Positions 16,767-30,656 of a stretch of 32,740 nucleotides of DNA are shown here, one piece after another; position 1 is the stretch's first letter; each line of letters starts with the position of its first letter. The notes beneath the pieces are model-generated. The model made no database searches and was not told the DNA's origin. It was given only the letters and a program-made list of their open reading frames with translations. Both the position numbers and the translations under genes were made by a program. Source of the DNA: Ministeria vibrans ATCC 50519 (lineage: Eukaryota; Protista; Filasterea); assembly GCA_943704425.1 (NCBI GenBank), contig CALSCP010000656.1, positions 58,457 to 91,196 on the forward strand, in the 5' to 3' direction.

Positions 16767-18612
16767 TTAGCGGATGGTAGAGCGAGCGAGCGCGGACGAG
16801 TGTGCCGAGGGGCCTTGGGCCTTCTTGGCCTTCTTGGCGGCATCGGCCTCGAAGCAGCGCCAGAAGCGGAGCGTCTCGTCGCCGGCAGCGCTGACGACGG
16901 TGCTGCCGTCGGGGCTCATGGCCATGTGGAGGACGCGCTGGGAGTGGCCGAGCAGCTCGGCGACCTTGACCAGCGAGGGGTACTTCCAGACGGTCAGCTG
17001 GTTCTTGGTGAAGCCGTGGCCCGAGACGAGCTCACGGTGGTCGCGGCTCCACATGAGCGAGCACACCTGGCTCTGCGTGTCAATGCTGTTGACGCACGCG
17101 CCCGTCGACGTGTTCCAGAAACGGATGTGGCGGTCGGCAGTGCCACCGCCGGTCGCCAACAGGTTCTTCTGCCAGGGGCACCAGGCGAGCGCCTTGATGG
17201 CCGCCTGATGAGCGTCAATGGTGAACTTGGGGCTCTCGTAGCGGCCCTGCTCCCACAGGTTGAGGAGGTTGTCGTTGCCGCCTGACGCGAGCATCGTGCC
17301 GTCCTCGCTCCACTTGAGGCCACAGACTTCCTGCGAGTGGGCCACAAGGCGGTCCGAAACGTGCGCCGCAACGCGCACATCGTGGTTGTGGATGTGGCCG
17401 GTGCGGCTGCCGCTGCTGAGAATGTGCTGGTTCCAGGCGAGTGCGCCCACACGGTCCAGATGGCCCGTCATGGTGCGCACACGGCGCTGACGCTCAACGT
17501 CCCACAGCTGCACCTCGGCGTCGCTGGTGCCGACGGCGAGGAACGAGCCGTTCTTGATCCACGACACAGACGTGACGTAGCTGTCTTCGCTCGAGTCGAG
17601 CTGGCACAGGTTGACTGTCTGGCCGGTTGACGCGTCCCACACGTAGACGGCCTCAGCCAGCGCCACTGCCACCTGGTTGTTGCTGTTCCAGTCCAGCAGG
17701 TTCAGGTAGTAGTCGTCAAGAATGCCGGGCGCGTCCAGAGTGCGCTCAGACACGGTCGGGATGTTGCGAGTAGGCTGGTTGGTGGGTGGAGACGACGGGG
17801 ATGAGTGCCACAATGTTTATTTTCGCGCGCTCTCTCTCTGACTCCACTAAGCGCTTACCTTAACCTTGGCTCCGGACTTTTGTGCGCTGTACAGCACACG
17901 GAGCTGGTTCTGGTGTCCCTCCTTGGCGGCGGGAGCCTTCTGCTTGAGAGCCAGAATCTTGGCGGAAGGTTCCTCCGACAGCATGTTGTCCGCGAGCGTC
18001 TGCTTGAAGAAGGCGCTCGACGGGCTGTGGGGAGCCTGGCGCGGCGAGTTGCTCTGGCTGTTGCTCTTGGGGCTGTTCTCCTTGGTGACGCTGAAGTGCG
18101 CAGCGGTCATGTTCATGGAACTGCGCGACGGAATAAATCGGTCGCTGCCCGAAGGAGTGCGGTTGCCCTTGGGAGTGCGGGCGGACGCGCTGCGCGGCGT
18201 CTTGTGCGGGGTGGTTGCCTCAGCGCGACGAGGAGTGTTGACCTCCTACGTGTCAATAAAAGAAAAAAAACCAGAAACGACGTCAGAAACAATCGACAAA
18301 CAAAAAGCGAAAAAAAAACGGGAAAGTCGAAAGGAGCATAACTACGAACGCATCGACGAACAAGACACGGTGCATGCACCCCACAATAGAGGGTTGTGTG
18401 TATTGCCCCGATCCACTGTGCGATTTAGCTTTGGGAAGACAGAAAAGTGGGCAAACAAAAAAAAAAATCCGATGGCAAACTTTGCGTTTTTTTTTTCTTC
18501 TTTTTGTTTGTACCTGCATCTTTCGCTGCCAGCGCGGGGCGGGGGCGTTGCTGATGGGAGCATCAAAGCGCATGGCCTCGTTGACGTCGTTCTCAATAGG
18601 GTTAAATGCCAT
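16767..18612 (-). CDS. CDC20: APC/C activator CDC20/Fizzy, 497 aa
   Basis: Exons 18612-18514, 18245-17859, 17774-16767. PAPRWQRK, multiple TP sites, C-box DRFIPSR, KEN, MAD2-interacting KILALK, LRVLYS, WD40 (LDAPGILDDYYLNLLDW, HSQEVCGLKW, GDETLRFW), C-terminal IR tail. Confidence 0.97.
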
Positions 18613-18856
18613 TTTATCTAAAGGTGATTAGGATTTTTCGTTTTTTTTTCTTTTTTAAAGGTGGTTGGAAGAGTGTTTCACAAGTAAAGTGAAACAGAGT
18701 CGCGATGGGTAGTCGTTAGTCAATAAAGACGAGGGGGGGTATTTTTTTTCAGAGTGGTGTTTGAAAAAAAAAGTGAAATGTCAAATGAATATTGAATATC
18801 GAATTCATTTGGTTGGTGATCAGAAATCAAAATCACTCATCAGATTTTTGTTTGCA
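18613..18856. promoter_or_regulatory. Putative bidirectional promoter between CDC20 and EXO1 (244 bp)
   Basis: Divergent ATGs at 18612 (-) and 18857 (+). Contains TTTGAA (18760-18765) and the inverted repeat TGTTTCAC-N7-GTGAAACA (18674-18696). Confidence 0.6.
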
Positions 18857-18962
18857 ATGGGTATCTCTGGACTCTTACCATTACTGAAACCCATCACAGC
18901 ACAGAACATCTGCGTAAGGCCAACTCAAAGGGTCGTCTCGCCCCCACACTAATGGTGCGCCC

Positions 18963-19009
<47 letters not shown>

Positions 19010-21911
19010 GTTTCCAAACCCAACGAATAGGTTTCCGAATATCGCGGACTTCGCGTTGCGATCGATGGGTTCGCCTGGCTCCACAAAGCCTGCTATGGGT
19101 GTGCACTGCAGCTGGCCACCAAAGAGAACACCGATGCGTACCAACCATTGATCGTGTTTTTGAGCTCTTCTCAAGTGTGATTGTGATTGTGATTGTGTGT
19201 TGTTTCGTCTGTGTGTCTGACAGGTACATCACCTACTGCATGCGCCGCATCGCCATGCTCAAGCACCACGGAGTGATCCCTGTGGTTGTCTTTGACGGCG
19301 CCAAGATCGAGTCTAAGGGCAAGACAGACTCAGCGCGCAGAGAGTAAGATTTTTTCCCTTTTGGCCTGTCAGTCTGTCAAAAAAAAAAAAAAAAGAGAAG
19401 AAGAGACAAAAGAGACAAAAATACTCCTCGCTGCGCACCGTCTTCAATCTGCACTTTCTCAGGGTGCTCTTTGCACCGTCATGCTTGAGTCTGCCGACTC
19501 AGGACATTCTCCTTGTTTGTGTGTTTCATATTTTTCATTTGGTGTTTGTGAAACAATCGTCTGACTCTCAATTGTGCTGTTACAGACGCAGACAGGAGCA
19601 ACGCGACCTGGGCCACGCCATGCTGAAGGAAACAAGCGACCCCGACGCCGTGCGCAAGGCGACGCTGCACTTCCAGCGCGCCATCAGCATCACCTTCGAC
19701 ATGACACACTCGCTGGTGCAGGTAGTGCGTCTCTTACCCACACACACACTCTCTCTCACTCACACACTTCTTATCGTTCTTCTTCTTCTTCTTCTTCTTC
19801 TTCTTTTTCTTCTCTTTGTGTGTGTATGTGTGCTTTTGCCTTGTTTCTCTCTTTCCCAGCGCCTCCGTAACATGCACGTAGAGTACATTGTGTCGCCGTA
19901 CGAGGCTGATGCACAGCTTGCGTATCTGTACAAAGAGAAGATGGTGTCGGCCATAATTACGGAAGACTCCGATCTGTTTGTCTACGGCTGTCGAAGAGTT
20001 AGTCACTTTCTTTTTTAAGATTGCCACACTCACTCATCTACGTGTTTTTTTCTGTGTACGCATGGACATAGTTACTGTTGAAGATGGACGAATACGGCAT
20101 CGCACACGAGCTGCACCTGGGCGCCAAGCACAACGCGCCCTTTGACAGTACCTTTGATCTGAGCACCTGGAGCGAAGAGTCCATCCGTCACATGTGCATC
20201 CTTGCTGGCTGCGACTATCTCGACTCACTGCCCGGCATTGGTCTCAAGACTGCCTATAAATTGTTGAAAAAGGCCAGAGACGTTCCAGGAGTAATCACAC
20301 AATGTCGTGCGTTTGTTCACTCACAGTCTCTTAATTGATTGTTGCTTCCCTTTCTTGTTAGGTACTGCGACTGCTTCAAGAGAAGGGCACGACCATCCCA
20401 TCCAACTACCTGGACAATTTCATGCGTGCCGACCGCACCTTTCTCTTCCAGCGTGTATACGATCCGCGTACTCGTCGCGTTGTCACTCTCCATGAGCCAC
20501 CCAGTGATCTCGATGTAGACTCGTTGCAGTACATTGGAAGGTATAAACTCGCTCCCCTATCAATCCAGCTCAGTCTCTCTGTCACTTTTACTCCTCCTAG
20601 TCACATTCCCGACGATATCGCCCCTGATCGTGCCAGCGGCCTTATCAACCCATACACTGACGAGCGGGTGCCTTTCAATGATGATCGTCTCGACAAGGAA
20701 AAGCTCTCGCGCGAGTTCACCACAATTCATGCTCGCGCCTCCTCCTTCCATCGTGTCTACGATCAACCCGTACAGGATCGCTCGCAAACAACACTCACAC
20801 GCTTCTTTGCTGCTTCTCCATACACCACATCAAGATCACCACCACCAACAACATTATCATCATCATCAACAGCAACAACAACAACATCGACAACAACAAC
20901 AACAACAACAACAGCTGTTGATTCTTCAAGTGTCTCAACAACACACGAGTTTTCAGAGTCCGCTGAAGAGACCATTGCAAGTGCGACTCTCTTCCAATCG
21001 ACCACATCCCAGTTTGCTGCCTCCAACACAGCCACCACGAGTACCAAACCTAGCAGCACTACGGCAGTATCCGCGCCCCTCATTCACACCAGCTGGGCTC
21101 GCGTCTCGCCTTCACCTGTTTCCACGAAGACTGCTTCTTCATCGACAGTCAACCCACCGCGCAAACGCTCTCTCTCTCCTCCTCCCCCCACCTCCAACGA
21201 ACGTCCTCGTGTCATTAGTCGCTTCTTTGAGCGCGCTACTCCCAGTGTCCCCGCACCACGCACTCCAACACCACCGTCTCCTGCACTACTCACCCACAAT
21301 CTTAGCAATGGTAGCAGCGCCAGCAGCAGCAGCAACAGTGCTAACGGGAACATCTCCTCCGTCTATGGCACAGGTCCCTATGTACCTTCTGTGGCTCCCG
21401 CCACCACTACCAACACGCGTGGCCTGGGCCTGCGCTCGTCGTCATCGTCCTCGGCCGCCCCCGACTGGCGCACTCGCTCCTACCCGTCTAGCTCCCCTTC
21501 GCCTTCCGACATTGCCGCAGACACCTCTCCCACAGGCACAGGCACATCCACGACGACATCCTCGCCACGGCCATCTGCACTCGAAACAGTACTGTTCACT
21601 TCTATCTATTCTTACTTTCATCCTCTTTCCTCTTTTTTCAGGCCATGAAATTCGCTGCACCTACCAAATCAAAATCAAAACCACCGACTCCACGTACAAG
21701 TCAAATCGATGATGATATCAATACTCATAATGATTATGATTTTCCCTTTTCAGTATTGCGCCCGTCTCCTTTTCGACAAATCAACCCCACTTCGTCAACG
21801 TCTGGTGAAAAGCGACTAACTCTCGGCATGCGCCGCCAGTCTGCCCCTCCTTCCTCTCTGTCTGCCTCGGCAACCATTGCGTCTCTCAGACAGTTCCAAT
21901 TCAAGAAGTGA
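18857..21911 (+). CDS. EXO1: Exonuclease 1 (XPG/Rad2 family), about 717-737 aa
   Basis: Exons 18857-18913, 19031-19137, 19224-19343, 19586-19721, 19860-19997, 20072-20290, 20362-20540, 20601-21588, 21642-21911 (possible extra in-frame intron 21694-21753). [75 protein letters not shown], then a long disordered tail. Confidence 0.96.
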
Positions 21912-22036
21912 GCATGTGCGTGTGTGGGTGTGTACACAGCTTGTAAATATAATTAAAATAGTGTATCTTTCATTCAAAGTATCTCTCGTTCTTTCTTCTT
22001 TCTCTCTCTCTCTCACTCTCTCCCTCTACTCACACT

Positions 22037-22240
22037 CTATGAATCCATAAGCTTGAGCTTCAGAAGTTTCTCGCTGAAAGGAAGACGGTCGGGAGTTGTT
22101 CCCTTGATGCGGTACTCGTCAAGTTCGCTGGCACTCGCTTGTTCCAGCGAATCCTATGCAGCGCAGAAAAAGAATATTATTATTAATTTATTTTTATGAT
22201 TTAATATGAGACACACAATAATAATAATAATAATAATAAC

Positions 22241-22271
<31 letters not shown>

Positions 22272-24160
22272 GTATTATTGTTCATGTTAGTGTTATATAC
22301 CCCATCGAGCCAAGGCTTGACCCACGGACGGTCCAACACCCAGTCAGGCACCACCACTTCCAGTCCAGGGTTCTCAGTCTATCAATTAATAAAGATTATT
22401 ATTATGATAATCAATTCAAACGTCTTGGTTATTGTTTTGGTCCGTGTCAATGTGACAATTATGCTGACCCACCTGTAAGCGAATGATGTGGCGCTTCTCA
22501 AGCAAAATGCGTTGACGGTATGTGTTCAAATCTTGCTTGTTTCGGTCCAGCAAATCCAACTGCACATGAATAGGAAACGACAATGATTAATTATTCCTGT
22601 TCCCCAATTCTATACCCCTCTCCTCTTACTTCGTATTTCAAAAGAAGACGCTCCAGTTGAACCTCAACAGGCGTTCCGCGCACATCCTGCTCCTTGGTCA
22701 GTTTGCGTTCAACCGCGGCCTTTTGCAGAGCAGCAGAGGAGCGGACAAATGGCTTGACGTCAATCGCCGGATCCCCAGTAATTTCTGCGCGGAGATTCTC
22801 CACCTCCTGTTCAATTTCGACACGCTCTCTGTCTCCATGACGAAGGTGACGACGCGACGAGCGAAGCTGCTCTTCCTTGGCGGCGACAGACAGTGACATG
22901 TCCTCGTACATCTCCTCTTCGATGTCGCCCTCCATAAGATCCGTCGTGTACAGCAAATCAGCCAGTCGATGCTCAAGTGCATTTGTGCTCCTCTCGAGTG
23001 CCGCAACCTCCTACACAACGCCAGGTAAATTAGATAAAACAAAAAAAGATGACTCCGTGTTATTATTATTATTAATATTAATAATAATAATAATACGACC
23101 CAAATTAAATTGTAAGCACAATGCCGTACCTCTTCTGCCAGACGTAAGTTTGATGTATCCTGACTGATTGTGGCCTCAATCTCCCCAATGGACTGATCTC
23201 CAGCAGCGCCACCGCCCGCCGAGTTGAACAGTGACATTTTCTTCGATCGCAACTTGCTCAGTCTTGTTTGCATTGTCAGCACCTCACCCCGACGCACCTC
23301 AAGGGCCCTTCGCTTGTCCTACGGCACCAAAAAGAAAAGCAAACATTTTTTTTAGAAAATCTCTGCAGCAAAATAATTGCAAAAATATAAATAATTATTT
23401 GTTTTCCTCTGCTTACAGCAACTTTGATCTTGGTCTGTGTGATAAACTGTCGGATTTCCGCAATTTGCTCACGCTCGCGGATTTTGCGGGGATGCTCCCA
23501 CACGGTGCGTCCATGGCTATGGTCAATGTAGTACACAAACCCATTCTCATCGGCCCATCTCTGCCAGCCAATGGGAATCTCATCGCCAACACACTCGTCA
23601 ATGTGAGCCTTGCGAAGTCCCTTGATGCGCGGATCAACCCAGCTTGTCGTGTGTTTGTGGTGACTACAATAACAAAACAGATATAATATTAATACTAATT
23701 ATTATTATTATTATTAGTATAATTATTATGGGCGTGAGCGGAACGAGTCAGGTGCAAAGTGTAGTGTAACATTGTGCTTTCTGCTTCTTACTCAAGGTAG
23801 TAGAGTCGACCTGTCTTTGCATCCTTCCGGACTTCCCAACCGTCGGGAAAGGCACCCAGCTGGCCACGCAAACGCTCTTCCTCTTGTGCAATCTTTTGCG
23901 AACCACCCGGCTCCATCTCATAGCGTGGAGTGCGGCCTTGCATTGAACGACCCGAAGTAGTGCGGGCGGCGGGTGCATGCGGCAGAGTGGTCGAGAACAT
24001 CTCAAGGCTCGTGGAGGTCGCAAGCTGGGTCATCTCGGGTGGAGCGACGTATGCAGGCACATTGTCGGAGCCTGTCGACGTGCCCGCGCCCGCGGGTGGT
24101 GCAGTCGCGGGCGGCGGCATGGCAGCAGCAGCAGAAGCAACAACAACAGGAGCAGCAACG

Positions 24161-24217
<57 letters not shown>

Positions 24218-25355
24218 CGCGCTTGCGCCAACTGAGCACTCTTCATTGCCTCTGCACGTTTCTTCTCCTCGTTGTTGCGCGCTGCCCTTTCAAGCTCCGC
24301 TATTAAAAAAGGGTTTATTAATACGTTAAGATTCTGTCACGAGAGAGTGCAAACTTGTAGTTTGACTTAAAAAACGTAAAACAAACCTCGCATTTCCGGG
24401 TTGGAACGAAGCTCCAAGTCGACGACGGCGCCGGCCATCTTGAGGATCTGCACCGCCTCCGTGTGCGTCAGGCCCTGCATGTTTGTCCCATTCACTTTGC
24501 CAATTTCGTCGCCGCTGTGAATGGTGCCGAGCTTCTCCGCAGCACCTCCAGCAAACACCCGGCTGATTACAATGGGGATGTTGTAGTCTTTGCCGCCCTA
24601 TGATAATAGAAAATGGCGTAAGAATGATTTTTTTTTTTTCCTCGCTGGAAGACACTGCACATCTTTTCAGATACACAGCACGACTGCCCCTCCCCCCGAG
24701 GCGTTCAGGCCCACACGGCAACGCGGGAGTGGGAGGGGCAGCATGTGCAGCGGGCGTGCCGTCCTGTAGACACTTCCAAGCACTTGGACGGTATGTGTCA
24801 AACAATTGTAAGAATCCGTTTTACACGTTGAGGAAAAAAAGGACAAAACAGACTCTCGTGCGGAGCGAAACTGCGCTTGCACACCCGCCACATGACGGCA
24901 CCATAACCACCATAATGGTGTTGCACACAGCAAGACAGACTTGGTTATATTTCGTTGAAAGAGAGTCGTTTTTTTTTTTTTTTTTTTTTTTTTTTTTCAA
25001 AATAGTGCAGAGCGAACGAGAAGCCGGCTGGAGAGGAAGGAGGGGCGGGAGAGCACGGGAGGCGTGCCGTGGGGCGTCAGGAGGACTGCTAAGGCAGGCT
25101 CCGCGCAGAAGGGAGAGCCGCGCGGCTCGCAGGAAGGCGTGCGGGGCGGCATACGGTGTGTGTGTGGGGNNNNNNNNNNTTTATCAAAACATCAAATTCA
25201 ATATCTTTTGTGTTAGGGCAGAGGGAGACGTAAAAAACGGTTGTGTGTACTTTGATGGAAAAGTCCAAGCCTGTGTCGCCCTTGACAAGGCGCACAAGGC
25301 GAAAGGGCTCTTCGTTGCTTGGGGGCGTGCTCAAGGGTGCTTCCAATCCGTCCAT
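22037..25355 (-). CDS. KIBRA/WWC-like scaffold with N-terminal PDZ: PDZ-WW-WW-coiled coils, no C2 domain, 640 aa
   Basis: Exons 25355-25251, 24597-24387, 24299-23792, 23663-23417, 23318-23130, 23010-22630, 22559-22473, 22378-22301, 22153-22037 (1923 nt, in frame). PDZ GLDFSIKGGKDYNIPIVISRV...GDEI. Tandem WW with ECVGDEIPIGW linker, REQ coiled coil, HGDRERVEI, PDWV, C-terminal LPFSEKL. Confidence 0.82.
25170..25179. other. Assembly gap (N run) in intron 1 of the PDZ-WW gene
   Basis: Run of N. Confidence 0.99.
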
Positions 25356-25655
25356 ATTAATTTTGTATTAAAAGAAAAGAAAAGAGTAAGATTATTTTTA
25401 TGGATTTTATGATAAGACTGATCTCGTTCGTTTACGTTTAAACATTGAACTGATAACAACGTACAGAAGGGAGAGGTTTGAGAACTCTTAAGTCTTAACA
25501 TAATCATTACCCAACGAGAAACAGACTGAACAGCCACGTTTGGCTTTCGCACAATATCATATTTTTGTGAACTCTCGCACACCAAACGTTTATTATCTTT
25601 CTTCTCACGAAAAAAACACACTCTCTCTCACTCACAGCGCTGAATTCACTCACAA

Positions 25656-29005
<3,350 letters not shown>

Positions 29006-29914
29006 GCTTGGGGACAGCGATACAGCTAGAAGAGACAAGAGAGTGGTCAATTTTTGAAAAGTATAACAGAAAAAAAAAAAAAAAAAAAAAAGACAAAGAA
29101 CGACTGGTAAGAGCACATCTTTGAGGTTAGGCAGCTTGGCGAGCGCGGGAGAGACCCTTGGAGAGGCATGCCGAGTGGGCCTCAGGGCGACGGCAGCCTG
29201 AGAATGTGCCACGGCAGCGCAAGAGACGATGGACAACAAGCAGAAGCGATTTATTTCTGATGCTGCGTCGTTCCAGGGGCTGATGCAGCCCTTTACAGCA
29301 AGGGACGAGTGCGCGATGCGTGCATGTCAATAGGGGGGTGCAGGGGGAGGGGGAGGGGCGAAAGGAAGGCGGAAGGAGAAATGTCCATTGACAGATCGCA
29401 AAGGAAAGAGGAAAGGGTGCGCGTGAATGAAGGAGTTGGTGCTGTGATGATCGTACTCGATGGCAGGAAAAGAAGAAATCAGAGTGGTCAGTGCGACTCA
29501 GTGGTGAGTGGCAATTTTTGATTATCAAGATAATCACCTTAAGCTTGGTGAATTACTCCTCGTAATTATGATAAATCATTGTTGGTATAAGTCGGGATAG
29601 ATCCTTGAATTTGATATGCAGTCAGGTGAGTCACAGAGTCAGCAGTGCGCCGCATGACGCGCGTCACTCAGCGCGTGCCAGTCTGTTGAAAGAAGTCAAT
29701 TGGATTGGACGACTTATCTCTTTTCCCTGTCTGGCAGCCTCCCTGCCCTCTCAACTCCCACGCCTCAAGAGGCAAGAGGCAAGAGGCAAGAGCCACCCTC
29801 CAGGGCAGGCAAGTTGCTGTAAGTTGAATTGAGATGCCAATAGGGATTGTCATTCCATTGTGATTAGTGAACTGAACTCACAAGTCACATTTAAATATTA
29901 TATAACATAACAAA
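29006..29914. promoter_or_regulatory. Divergent intergenic/5'UTR region between beta-adaptin and ARP3
   Basis: Divergent ATGs at 29005 (-) and 29915 (+). Contains TGAGTCA (29627-29633), the 12-bp palindrome TGACGCGCGTCA (29655-29666) and CCAAT near 29837. Confidence 0.5.
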
Positions 29915-29991
29915 ATGGCTGGTCGATTGCCTGCGGTTGTCATTGACAATGGCACCGGGTAAGCTCTTATCCTGTTCAGCCGCTTCGTTTC

Positions 29992-30022
<31 letters not shown>

Positions 30023-30602
30023 TTTTTTCTGTGTGTGTAACTGTGAACATTGCTATGCGTTTCATCGCAAGAATCCGGGCGCTGGCAACGGCCGCGTTGG
30101 GACCATCCGTGCGTGCACATGTCCAGCGACACACTGCCGCGGATTGCAAAGGAGATTTGCCTTCTCTCTCTTCTCTATCTCTCTCTCTCTCTCTCTCACT
30201 CTCTTTTTTTTTTTTTTTTTTNNNNNNNNNNNNNNNNNNNNNNNNNNNNNNNNNNNNNNNNNNNNNNNNNNNNNNNNNNNNNNNNNNNNNNNNNNNNNNN
30301 NNNNNNNNNNNNNNNNNNNNNNNNNNNNNNNNNNNNNNNNNNNNNNNNNNNNNNNNNNNNNNNNNNNNNNNNNNNNNNNNNNNNNNNNNNNNNNNNNNNN
30401 NNNNNNNNNNNNNNNNNNNNNNNNNNNNNNNNNNNNNNNNNNNNNNNNNNNNNNNNNNNNNNNNNNNNNNNNNNNNNNNNNNNNNNNNNNNNNNNNNNNN
30501 NNNNNNNNNNNNNNNNNNNNNNNNNNNNNNNNNNNNNNNNNNNNNNNNNNNNNNNNNNNNNNNNNNNNNNNNNNNNNNNNNNNNNNNNGAGTGTGTGTGT
30601 GT

Positions 30603-30656
<54 letters not shown>

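Noticed and set aside
20534-21712. 392-aa poly-Q/His alternative-frame ORF overlapping EXO1
   Set aside because: It arises from (ACA)n/(CAT)n low complexity and has no ATG at the called start. The EXO1 frame carries the meaningful motifs.
22037-25355. Calling the PDZ-WW-WW gene MAGI or Salvador
   Set aside because: There is no guanylate-kinase segment or downstream PDZ array (MAGI). The long coiled coils with KIBRA-like motifs do not fit a short SARAH-terminated protein.
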